Origin: Rebecca billardiae RCC1528
Lineage: Eukaryota; Protista; Haptophyta
Reading direction: 5' to 3'
DNA length: 64,000 nucleotides
Assembly (NCBI GenBank): GCA_965240325.2
Contig: OZ251245.1
Location: 372,001-436,000, forward strand
The stretch's first letter is position 1; every line of letters starts with the position of its first letter. Position numbers and translations under genes: made by a program. The notes beneath the pieces were generated by a model that ran no database searches, was not told the DNA's origin, and worked only from the letters and a program-made list of their open reading frames with translations. Below, in pieces: positions 31,424 through 42,165 of the stretch.

Positions 31424-34400
31424 ATGGACACGCTCGACCACCCCGAGGCGCCACTGGCGTGGCAGCTGCGCGAGCTGTGCGAGCGCTCGGCGGCCGAGCA
31501 CGGCGACACGGAGGACGTTCCGAGCGACTACTTCCTCGCCGTGCCCTCGGCGTGCATGCGCGCGGACGACGCGGTGGCCGAGCCGTCGGACCAATGGAAG
31601 TCGACGCCCTCCGAGGTCGAGGCGGTGGTGTCGCGCATGCGCGACGACGGCTTCGTGGTGCGGCTGTACACGTCGAGCGTCACCGACCCCGACCACGTGC
31701 CGCTCGTCCTCTTCGTCGAGCTCGGGCTCACCGAGGCCGAGCTGATGGGCGATGCCGAAGCGCTGCAGCTGCACAAGCGGTGCAAGCGGTTCTGGGGCGG
31801 GCGGTACGGCTTCCTGCGCTTCTCGACGGAGCGCGCGACCGTGGACCTGCGCGAGCACGAGCCCGAGGCCGAGCACAACGGCGTCGGCATCTTCGCGTGG
31901 TGCTCCGACGCCGCGCGCACGTCGTCGCGCGACGACGAGCGCGCGTGCCGCCACCGGCGCTTCACGTCCGCAGAGCGCCTCCGGATCCTGCTGGACAAGC
32001 TGCGGCTCTCGACGGCGGTGACGCGGCTGAACATCGTCGACGCGAGCACGCTCGACGGCTACCCCTCCACCGACGAGGCCAACGACAACCTGCCGCCGGC
32101 GACCGCGGCCGCTGACGAGGCCGCGCTGTGCGGCGGCTGCTGCCGGCGGCGCGCGCGCGTCGCCGCGGTCCGCGCCGCGCAGCTCAAGCTGTCACGCGGC
32201 GTGAAGGGGCTCGGCTGCATCAAGGTGGCGGGCGGCGGCGCCGACGGCGCGCCCGGCCTTCGCGTGCCCGCGCTCTACTTCTCCGACGCCTCGCCCATCC
32301 ACGAGAGCGGCCGGCGGCGCGCCATCCGGAACACGTGGGTCAACCGGACGCTCTCCAAGTCCGCGTTTCGTCAAAAGTGCGCGACGGTCGAGGGCGACGA
32401 GGGGGACAACGAGCTGATGCGCGAGCTGGACGACCTGAACGACTACTTCGGCTCGCAGGTCGCGCTCTACTTCGCCTTCGCCACGCAGCTCATGATGTGG
32501 CTCGCCATCCCCGCCGTGATCGGCGGCGTGTGCTGGGTGGTCGGCTGGTGGATGCGCCGGCTCAACGTGTATCTGGTCCCTGCGTACTGCACCGCGCTCA
32601 TGGTGTGGGCGACGCTGTTCGCGGAGTACGTGGAGCGGCTGAAGGAGATCTGCGTGTTCCGCTGGGGCGGCGCCGCGCTCATCGCCGACGCCGCCGCCGA
32701 CGACGACGGCGGCTCCGCCGCGCTCGGCAGCCCGGCCGGCACGCACATGCGCGCAGAGTACAAGCAGCTGCTGCGGGAGGCCGGGATCGATCCCGACGAG
32801 CCGGATCCTATTGAGGTCTCGACGCGGATCGAGCGCACGTGGCGGCGGCGCGCGCGGATGCTGGTGTCGGCGCTGACGATGCTGCTCTCCACCACCGCGG
32901 TCATCCTCGTGATGACCGCCAACCTCACCTTCCGCCTGTGGCTCGCGCGCAACATGCCGCAGAAGGGACCAATTTATGGCGGCCTCGTGACCGGCCTCAC
33001 AATCTCGCTGCTTGGGATGACTTTCCGCGGGATCGCGGGCGCGCTCACGCGGTGGGAGTGCTGGCGCACGGAGGCGCAGCACGAGGACGCGCTCATCGCC
33101 AAGATCTTCATCTTCGAGGTCTTCAACAACTACTCGTCCCTCTTCTGTGCGCGCGCGCGCGCGCGCGCGCTCGTGGTGGTCTCGACGCGGCGCGAGGCGC
33201 GCGCTCGGCGGCGGTCGGCGCTCGGGGCGTGGCGTGCGGGCACAGCGCTGGCCACGGCCCCGCCTGGCGGTCGCCGCGTGCCCGAGCGGGGCCCTGCGCC
33301 GCGCCGCGGGTGCGGATGGGCGCGAGCGCCCGCTCACCCGCCCTCTCGCTCACGCCCGCCCCACCGCGACGCCGTGCCCCTCGCCGCGCCCGGCGCCACC
33401 CGCCGCCGCCGCTGCCGCCACGCGCCTCCGCCGCCGCCGCCGCCACCCGCCGCCGCCGCCGCCGCCGGCAGACATTGCCTTCGTGCGCGCACACATTGGG
33501 CGCGTGGCGCGCGCGCTCGGCATCGACGCGCCGGACTCGGAGGAGTGCGACACCTCGGACGAGTGCCTGCGCGACCTCGAGCTGCAGCTCGGCGCCATCC
33601 TCTTCGCCAAGGCGATCCTTTTCAAGATGATCACGGTCGGCACGATTCGGCTCACGCGCGCGGCGCGCATGCTGTACAACTCGCACATCGTGCCGTGCGT
33701 GAACCGGCTGCTGCGCCGGCGCGCGTTGGAGGCGCGCGCGCCGGCGGGCTCGTCGCCGACGCTCGCGCGCTGGCTCTCCAACGCGTCGTCGTCGTTCAGC
33801 TCGCTCTCCTCGCCCAAGCCCGGCAGCCATGGCGTCCTCAAGACGCTCTGGTCCGGTGTCGGGCCCCGGACTCTGTCACAGGAGTCGGTGGACGCGAGCG
33901 CCTCCCTCGCCTCGCCCGCGCCCGGCGGCCTCAAGCCCGACGGCGCCGCGCCAGCCGACGGCGCCGCGCGGCGCCGCCGCGACGCGTCCTGCGCGGCCGA
34001 GTCCGAGTTCTCGCGCCCGGCCGCCAGCACCGTCGTCGACGAGTACAAGGAGCTCGTGGTGAGCCGCGCGCCATCGACGCGTGGCGCGCGCGCATGCGCG
34101 GCTGCTGGAGCCCCCCGGCTGAGCGCGCGCGCACACCCTGCCCCGGCGCACCCCGCAGATCATGTACGGGTACATCGTCCTCTTCGCCTCCGCCTTCCCG
34201 ATCGCCCCCTTCCTCTGCATCATCTCGACCGGCCTCGAGATGCGCGCGGACGCCTTCAAGTTTTGCGAGGCGCGCCGCACGGTGCCGCGGCAGGCGCGGC
34301 ACCACCCGCTGTGGTTCCAGTGCGCGCAGCTGCTCACCACCGTCGCGGTGATGACCAACATCGCCCTCGTCCTCTTCACGGTCCGCGCGCGCGCGCCGCG

Positions 34401-35120
34401 CCGACGGCCGCACACCCGCCCTGCGCGCGCGCGCCCGCGTCGCGTCGCGCCGACCCGAGCGATCGCGCGCGCTCCCGCGGCCGTGGCGCTGGGCAGGTGC
34501 CCGACGCGCTGCCGAAGAAGATGCCGCTCTCGCTCAAGATCGGCCTGCTCCTCTTCGTCGAGCACGCCATCCTGATCGCGCGCTGGATGCTGCAGGTCCT
34601 CGTCCCTGACAAGCCGATGGAGGTTCTCCGCGGAATGCTCGAGTCAAAAAAGGCGTTCAAGACCCTGCATGCGCAGCTGCTTCGCGCGCACGCGGACGGC
34701 CGTGGCGGCGGCGGCGGGCTGACCAACCTCGAGCTCATGCAGCTCGGGCTGCACTCGATCGTCGCGCAGGGCCTCAAGGCGGAGCGCGACAGGATGGGCA
34801 CGACGTGGCGCAAGCTCGCGCTCGGCGGCTCGAGCGCGCGGCAGATGCTCGCGAATGCGGCGGGCGCGGGCGCGGGCGCGGGCATGAGCCCGCTGCTTCG
34901 CGCAGCGCGCGCCGCGGCCGCCGAGGCGGCCGAAGCGGACGGGGACGACGCGGGCGGTGACGGGACGCAGCCCCCGCAGGACGCGCCGCCGGCCGCGGCG
35001 CCGGTCGTCAGGTCCCCGGGCCACGACGGCTCAGGCATGGTGGCGATGCTGTGGCAGCTGGCCGCGCGCCGCTCCGCTGGCGCCGCCAGCTCCCAGCAGC
35101 CGCATGCACGCATGGAGTGA
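31424..35120 (+). CDS. Anoctamin/TMEM16 family channel or scramblase, 4 exons (~1,051 aa)
   Basis: DYFGSQVALYFAF, LTRWECWRTE, KIFIFEVFNNYSSLFYIAF (across intron 1), EYKELVIMYGYIVLFASAFPIAP, EMRADAFK and IPD-like VPDKP. Exons 31424-33146, 33472-34058, 34159-34380 and 34497-35120. Confidence 0.93.
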
Positions 35121-35781
35121 GTGAGGGTGAGCTGTCGTGGCCCTCTCGTCTGTTCTCACGGGCTCGTCGTCCGGCACGCGGTCCGCCAACGACGGGCAGC
35201 GCGCGGCGGCCGCCGAGGCGGCGGCCGCTTCACCACCATCGCCGTCGCCTGCGTGCACGTGCGCGTGCCATGGCATCGGCTGCCACACCGGACTGGCAGC
35301 GGGCGACAGCAGCGGATTCTGGATCGTCACTACTCACTGAGCCGTCCGCGGGCCGCCGCGACAGCGTGGCTGTGGCGGAGCCTGTGGACCGTCGCCATCG
35401 GATCGGCGTCAGCCGCATATCGTGATGATGACTTCGTCAGACGTGAGATCGGCGTCGGACGGCCCTCACGGCCCCGGGCCCCGGGTTCCCGGAGTGGCCC
35501 GCCACGGTAGTCCCGGAGTGGCGGCGCGGTTCACGCCGGTTCGCGGGCCACCGGCACGGGCACTACGGGCAGTCCGGCACCGTGACCGGGTGTGACCGTC
35601 TGCTACGTACGTGCCTACTACTATATCGATATGATGATATGAATGATGCCAACCGTGACGCGACCGCGTATGTACGGACTACGGCGTCGTGGCACTATGG
35701 CAACATCATGCAGCCGTAGTGACACTGGGGTCGCGGTGGCGTCAGCAGGGCGACACCGGGTCTGATAGCTGGAGTGTGTCA

Positions 35782-36510
35782 CTACCTCCGCGTACGCGTC
35801 GTCTGCTGATGATGCGAAGTCGTAGCCCATCGTGGGCTCGTCGAGATGACGCCGCGGAATGCCCAAGGCAACCGGCTTGGGCTCGGCGTCGACGGCTCTC
35901 CCCAGTGAGACTCGGACGCCGCCGACGATTTGCTCCCGCTGCTGCTGACACTGCTGCTGGTTGTGCTACGGCTCAGAGCCCTGGCGCGCTCGCTAGCCCG
36001 CCGCGCCATCCACGCGCGCACGGCCTGCAGGTCGTCGTCGACGAGGCCACGCCGCCCCTTCACGTGCATGCTTGCCGCGCCGATGTGCTTCTCCGTCTCC
36101 ACGCACGCCTTCTCGTCGTCGTCCACGATGATCACATCCTCGCCGCGCAGCCCGAACGGCTCGATCAGCAGCTTGCGGATCAGCACGCTCTTCCGCGTGC
36201 GCACCATCGAGTGCCACTCGACGTCCTCGCGGCCGTACACGCGCGGGCCGAAGAGATCGCCCCAGCCCACCTTGGCGACGGCCTCTTGCACGAGCTGCCG
36301 CACATTGCGAGACACGATCGCGAGCAGCGCGCCTTCGCCCGCGAGGGCTTGCAGCCATGTGGTCAGCGCCGCCACGCGCTCCGCGCCGCCGAAGGCGACG
36401 TCGACGGCGTTGTGCAGGTGCCACGGCGCGACATCGCGCACGGTGAGCGTCTTGTCAAAGTCGAGCACCACGATCGCGCGGCACGGCGCCGGCGTGAGAC
36501 CGGTCATCAT
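35782..36510 (-). CDS. HAD-superfamily phosphatase-like protein (copy A)
   Basis: Motif I VVLDFDKTL, motif II AIVSRN, motif III K and motif IV IIVDDD. Confidence 0.8.
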   Translation of the reverse strand: MMTGLTPAPCRAIVVLDFDKTLTVRDVAPWHLHNAVDVAFGGAERVAALTTWLQALAGEGALLAIVSRNVRQLVQEAVAKVGWGDLFGPRVYGREDVEWHSMVRTRKSVLIRKLLIEPFGLRGEDVIIVDDDEKACVETEKHIGAASMHVKGRRGLVDDDLQAVRAWMARRASERARALSRSTTSSSVSSSGSKSSAASESHWGEPSTPSPSRLPWAFRGVISTSPRWATTSHHQQTTRTRR

Positions 36511-36871
36511 TGTCGTGACGTCACAGGAGAGACGAGGCCGTGTGGCGCCCAGTCTGCTAGGGTATCCAATTGGGTCTGTTTTGCCGACGGCGATCTGTTC
36601 CAGTGATCCAGTCTCTGGGTTCGGGGCAGTGCATCTTTCGTTGGTGCGATGCCAGTCGGCAGAAGATTTGACGAATGGTGAAGCGGCTCGTTTGGCCGTC
36701 GGCCGAATATGATGATGGCCGATCTTCTTAACGATCTCCATATTGATCATGAGAATGATGATCGAGATTCTTCAACAGGTCGGTGCGACCACTCGACGAA
36801 AGACCGCAGGCGGGGTAATTTTACGTGTTCATAACCAACCAAAACCAGTATTTTCTCGGTCACGCGCAGCA

Positions 36872-37360
36872 ATGGTGGGTGGCCCGCCCGCCGCTGACCA
36901 GGTGATGGGCGTGCCGGCGGGGGAGGGGCCGACGATGGCGCGCAGGGTGGTGGACGAGGTTGCGCAAATCACCTCCCTCATGTGCGACCGCATCGACCCG
37001 AGCCGCGGCTTCACCTTGAGTGTGAAGGCCACCGGCGGCTCGCTGAAGTCGGCTGCGGGTAGGCGTCGGAATACACGTGCTGGCACGCCGGCGAGTGCGG
37101 GCCCGATGCCGCAGCTTCACAACTCTGGCCCCTTCCGCGACCGCGCGCCTGCGGCATCGTCGGAGCTGTCGTCGCAACCGTCCCGCATGTCCTCGGACCG
37201 CCACGAGGCCGGGGGCGGCCATCACCCTCAGGGTGATGGCGCCCCGGCTGCGGCGTCTGGGCGTGAGGGCGCGGCGTCGGCGATGACCGACGAGATCGTG
37301 GGCGAGCTCTTCGCGGGCCCACTCGTCCCGATGGGGCGTGAGGTCGCGCCTTTGCACGAG
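36872..37360 (+). CDS. Hypothetical protein, probable first exon (downstream structure unresolved)
   Basis: Coding-like ORF from ATG 36872 after an AT-rich promoter-like stretch, with a GT donor at 37361. No recognisable domain. Confidence 0.35.
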
Positions 37361-38212
37361 GTGTGTATGTGTCCACGGGCAGTGAGCGCGCGTCACCGAA
37401 GGGATGGGTGGGCAGCAAGGGCTGGCGGCAACCGAGAGGGGCCGCTTTTACCCAGCTTTTACCCAGCCCCGCTGCTGCGAAGGCGGCGTGGTGGCGCTGC
37501 TTGCCTCCGCAGGCGAGCAGCGCGCAGTTTACGCCGGGCATGTGGACCTGCCCACCCTTCATCTTCCAGTTCTTCCCTTCGGCTGGGGCTCGATCATTCG
37601 ACGCGGCGTCGCTCACAGCGTAGGCAGGTGTTTGGCGCGGCTGCACTCTCGAGGTGGCTGAGATACAGAATCCAGGTGCAGTAGGCAGTACCCTCCCCGT
37701 ATGGTGTCAGAGCGCGCTCTCGAGCGCGTGCCTCCGAGCGTCGCCGTCGCGAGGGCGGCGGCCGTTCTTGCTGCATAGCCGCCTCGCCCTCCGGAGGAGG
37801 TGCGCGGGCTGCGGCACTAACCGCCTCACGCGCGCCACTCACCTTGGTTGCGCCGGTGTGTTTTGTGGCCCGGTGTCTTTGTGCAGTGTTGGATGCCGTC
37901 AATCAGGCCAAATCGTGTGCACGTTATATCTTCGAGTAAAATGTAGGCACGACCGCCCGGCGTGGTGCAGCCTGCCTCAGTGCCTCCCCATCCGCTTCTC
38001 GACCAGCAGCACGCTGGTCGGATGGAATGACGATTCGTCATCGCCGATCACCGACGAAGCAGTTCCGCAATCAGTGAAGAAAACTCAAAACTGATATATA
38101 TATATATATATATGAAAAATGGACGCAGTCCGCGGACAGCGGCACAACAATAAGGGATCAGTGCGGCAACGAGCTGCCGTCGTCGGCATCGTGGCGACGA
38201 CGCGCCACGACA

Positions 38213-38944
38213 ATGGGGGGCGCGACGGATCTCGCGCTGGCGCCGTATCGCGCGATCGTGGCGCTCGACTTTGACGGCACGCTCACCGTGCGCGATGTCG
38301 CGCCGTGGCACCTGCACAACGCCGTTGATGTCGCCTTCGGCGGCGCGGAGCGCGTGGCGGCGCTGACCAAATGGCTGCAAGCCCTCGCGGGCGACGGCGC
38401 GCTGCTCGCGATCGTGTCTCGCAACGCGCGGCAGATCGTGCAGGAAGGCGTCACCAAGGTGGGCTGGGGCGATCTCTTCGGCCCGCGCGTGTACGGCCGC
38501 GAGGATGTCGAATGGCACTCGATGGTGCGCACGCGGAAGAGCGTGCTGATCCGCAAGCTGCTGATCGAGCCGTTCGGGCTGCGCGGCGAGGACGTGATCA
38601 TCGTGGACGACGACGAGAAGGCGTGCGTGGAGACGGAGAAGCACATCGGCGCGACGAGCGTGCACGTGAAAGGGCGGCGTGGCCTCGTCGACGACGACCT
38701 GCAGGCCGTGCGCACGTGGATGGACGGGCGCGTGGCATCCGCGCGCTCGGGTCACCGGGCGGAGCAAGGGACCGCGCTGATCCCCGACGGCGTGCTCCTG
38801 GGCGCGCCGCATCGCCAGGATGCGTTCGCATCGCCGCCGTCGCTGCGTCGCCAGTACACGCAGCCGGTCTCTGCGCCGCGTACATTCCCTGTACCTTGGC
38901 GAAGAGGGGAGCGCCCGCCAGGCTCGTCTGCGTCGGCCACATGA
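38213..38944 (+). CDS. HAD-superfamily phosphatase-like protein (copy B)
   Basis: VALDFDGTL, AIVSRN and IIVDDD motifs; near-identical core to copy A in inverted orientation. Confidence 0.82.
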   Translation: MGGATDLALAPYRAIVALDFDGTLTVRDVAPWHLHNAVDVAFGGAERVAALTKWLQALAGDGALLAIVSRNARQIVQEGVTKVGWGDLFGPRVYGREDVEWHSMVRTRKSVLIRKLLIEPFGLRGEDVIIVDDDEKACVETEKHIGATSVHVKGRRGLVDDDLQAVRTWMDGRVASARSGHRAEQGTALIPDGVLLGAPHRQDAFASPPSLRRQYTQPVSAPRTFPVPWRRGERPPGSSASAT

Positions 38945-39124
38945 TCGCGCAGTGCTGTGATTCGCAGTCTGAGACTCTTATTAGGAGCCAGTACAACTTA
39001 AGAGTGATCATCGTCAGTCACTGACCCAGTCGCCGGCGGAGACAGTAGTCTGCCTGAGTCTGAGAGCGTCGTGGCAGCAATGACGTCATCATGATTCATG
39101 CGCAGGCCTCTCCTTCCTGTCTGA

Positions 39125-40022
39125 GGCCTGTTTTATTTCTACGAGAGCCCAACGGCGACATTCGCCAAAACGCGGTAAAATGGCGGCGGCTTGCCCGCTG
39201 GTGGTGGGTACCGGCGCGAGTGCGGAGTAGTGATGGCACGTCGTTGGCGCATGTTCGTACTAGGGCGCTGAGCTGTAGCGAAGGGTGTTGCCAAGGCATG
39301 CTGCTTAGCCTTGCCATGGTGCTTCGCCATGACACAGAGGTCACTCGCAGCGCACGGCGGTGTGACGATCGCCGCGCCGCGGCGGCAAACCGAGTTGCGG
39401 GCGCGCTGCGAGCTGCAAGCACTCTGCCTTGGCTGCGTCGCGCCCATGTCAGTTGGTGAACCAAGACTGTTGAACGACAGATGGACTGCAAACGATACCA
39501 GCTCCACTCGCTCCGCCGCCCCTTCCTTGTCGAGCGTGAGATGTTTCCGTTGCGTGCGCTCGCACTGCAGCCTGCATTTGAACGTGGTCACGGCAGGTTG
39601 GTGGGCTGGTTGCTCAGGCCTCCTCGGCGTGGATGACGGTAAAGTGCGCACCTATGACGCGCGGAAAGGCCGTGCACACGCGTCCTCGCGCATCTGGCAG
39701 GCTGCAGTCTTGGCCAAGATGATGAGAACAAGCCTGCCAGTGCCTCGCCACGCGGGCGCGAGCGCGCACAGAGATCTGGCTTCTGACCCGTGCTCTTCAG
39801 TGTACCTCGTGTGCGACGACGACGAGGCGGACGAGCGCCGCAACTGGATTCGTGCACTCACCGGTCACCGAGGAGTGCACGAATCGCATTCCTCACGCAC
39901 GTGGGGGCCGCCATCGGCCGTGAGAGGTACACTGAACGGGGCGTGACACCGATTCCCACTGGCGGGCACGGGGTTGTCGCCGTGACATAGTAAATGGAAT
40001 CTGGTAGAAATAAAACAGGCCC
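39125..40022. mobile_element. Non-autonomous PIF/Harbinger-like TIR element (~0.9 kb)
   Basis: Perfect 18-bp TIR GGCCTGTTTTATTTCTAC / GTAGAAATAAAACAGGCC, with (C)TGA on both sides. Confidence 0.8.
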
Positions 40023-40302
40023 TGAGTCACACTGTCTCCAGGGCTTCGGCTTAGTCGGGCGGATTCGGTGTCGGTTGGCGCTGTTCGGACGACCCTGTGT
40101 CGCGTTTTCTGCTGTCTGTCGACTACTGTCTAGTCATAGTGTCTGTCGTAGAGAATCGTAGACGTAGTCGATCAGTATAGTCTGAATAACTCATGCATCA
40201 GATATCCGCGCGGGACTCTTACTTTAATAAATTATTATAATGTACATACTTGTCCGATGCTGCCACGTCGTTAAATATATTTTAATTATCTATATTATTT
40301 AT

Positions 40303-41975
40303 GGCCCGCGGTGCAGGGCGGAGCGCGCAGCGTGGAGCCCGCACCAGCGGGCCCGAACAACGTTTCAAAAAGATCTTTGATCAAGAAAAAAGGGACGGGG
40401 GACGATTTTCATGGCTGGAGGAGACCGAGTTTCGAATTTTGAGACCCTCTCTAACCGATGCATCACGGCCGAAAAAGGTCGCGCCCACGGCAAGTTCATA
40501 GTAAAGCGTGGAGTGACGCCCGTCCAAAAAACTTCACGCCCTTTAGGATCCCTAACGTAACGAACCGTTACAAGCGATTTTTCCGGCCAATGAGATTGCA
40601 GCAAGGTCCAAGGAGCGATGACGTATCTAGATACAGATTGCCGCGAACCGATGTGACCATGTACGTCCCTTGAATCAGTTGAATCAACTATTCAATCGCG
40701 CCGTGTCTGTATCAGGAGCCGACGAGGCAAGGGTCAGTAGCCGATGGGCCAACCTCGGCGAATCTCAATACTATCTGACGCGAACGGACTTGGTTGGGCG
40801 CGCGCGTGGCCCCGGGGCGGCGGCCCACCAGAGGCGGCCCGCGTTTGGAGGCGAGCCACGGGCACGAGGCTCGAGGACCGACGGGTGAGGACGGCGATGG
40901 GCAGGTGCGCGCGGCGAATGGCGCCTGGAGCGCGCGGCTGCGGCGGGTCCCGACTGCCGTCGACATCGCGTTCGTCGTGCCCCCGCTCACTCCGCGCGCC
41001 CCCGCCGCCCCTGCCGCCCTGTCGATGCCTCGGCGCGGCCTTGCGCGGCCCCGGCGTGTCCGCGAGCCGGCGCCGCAGCCGCCGCCCTGTGTTCGGGCTC
41101 TCGCAAGCTCGGGGGCAGCGGCGCCTGATGCCGGACTGATCGATCTCTGAGCCTTCGACTTCACCACGCGCCGCCCTTGCCATGCCTTTCCGGGGTCTCC
41201 CAGAACTCTTCTTGATTGAGAGAGAGCAGGCGCGCCGACGATCCGAGTCCATCGTCGGTCGACTCTGAGCGAGGGCTACGCCTCGGAACTGAACGGTACT
41301 CTACGAGGAGGACGAGCTGCGCGGGCGACGGTGGTGCGTGACGTCCCCAGAGCTGGCCGTGCCTCTGCAACGCGTGCCGAGCCTGATCGAGGTGTGTCAG
41401 CTGCCCGTGCACGCGCGGCGAGTGCGCGAACCGGATCACCGGTGCCCTCGCACCTCGGCACCGTGCTCCCTCGGGCTGTCAGCTCCGCGTGGCCTGGCGT
41501 GCACGTAGAGTTGCGCTCATGCGTCGATCACGCCTCGCGCCCGCCTGTCGGCCGTCGCGCAGGCGCTGGTCGAACCCTACTCGGACCCTACTCCTCCAGC
41601 CCTACTCCCGGGCGCTGCCGGCGCGGGGGGTGACCCCGGGGACAGCGGTCAGCAGCAGCGGCCCGAACGAATCCGCGGCCCCGCACCGTGCTCCCTGGCT
41701 GTCAGCTCCGCGTGGCCTGGTGTGCACGTGGAGTCGCGCTCATGCGTCGATCACGCCTCGTCGCATCCGCCTGTACACAATCGGCGCCGCGCCGGCGGCT
41801 GCAATGGGCCCGCCCGGCGCGGCGGGCGGCGGCGCGCCGCTGATGGAGTCTAGTTGTACGGGCATATGCAACTGGTCTGTCAATAGACGACTGCGACGGA
41901 GGGTGCACCGCCACCGCGGGCCCTGAACTACGTTCGTTCTACGGAAAAAGGACCGCGGAACGCGGTCATTTATTT
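40303..41975 (+). mobile_element. Helentron/HINE-like (Helitron2-type) non-autonomous element
   Basis: 5' GGCCCGCGGTG directly after a T-rich flank, and its inverse CACCGCGGGCC at 41912-41922. Then a perfect hairpin GACCGCG-gaa-CGCGGTC (41951-41967) and a T-rich end. Internal ~80-bp direct repeat. Confidence 0.55.
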
Positions 41976-42165
41976 ATTTACTCATCGTCAGTCAATCACA
42001 TGACGGTGCAGCCTGCCGAGTCGATCTTGCCGTGTCACGCGCCGCGGTCAGTGTAAATATACCTAATACCGCGCGAGCTTGTTGGCTGCCGGGCGGTGGG
42101 CTTCGTCTTGTCGGGCTGCGATGATCGAATTGATCGATCTCGTCGCGCTCGGCCACTGCTCACCG

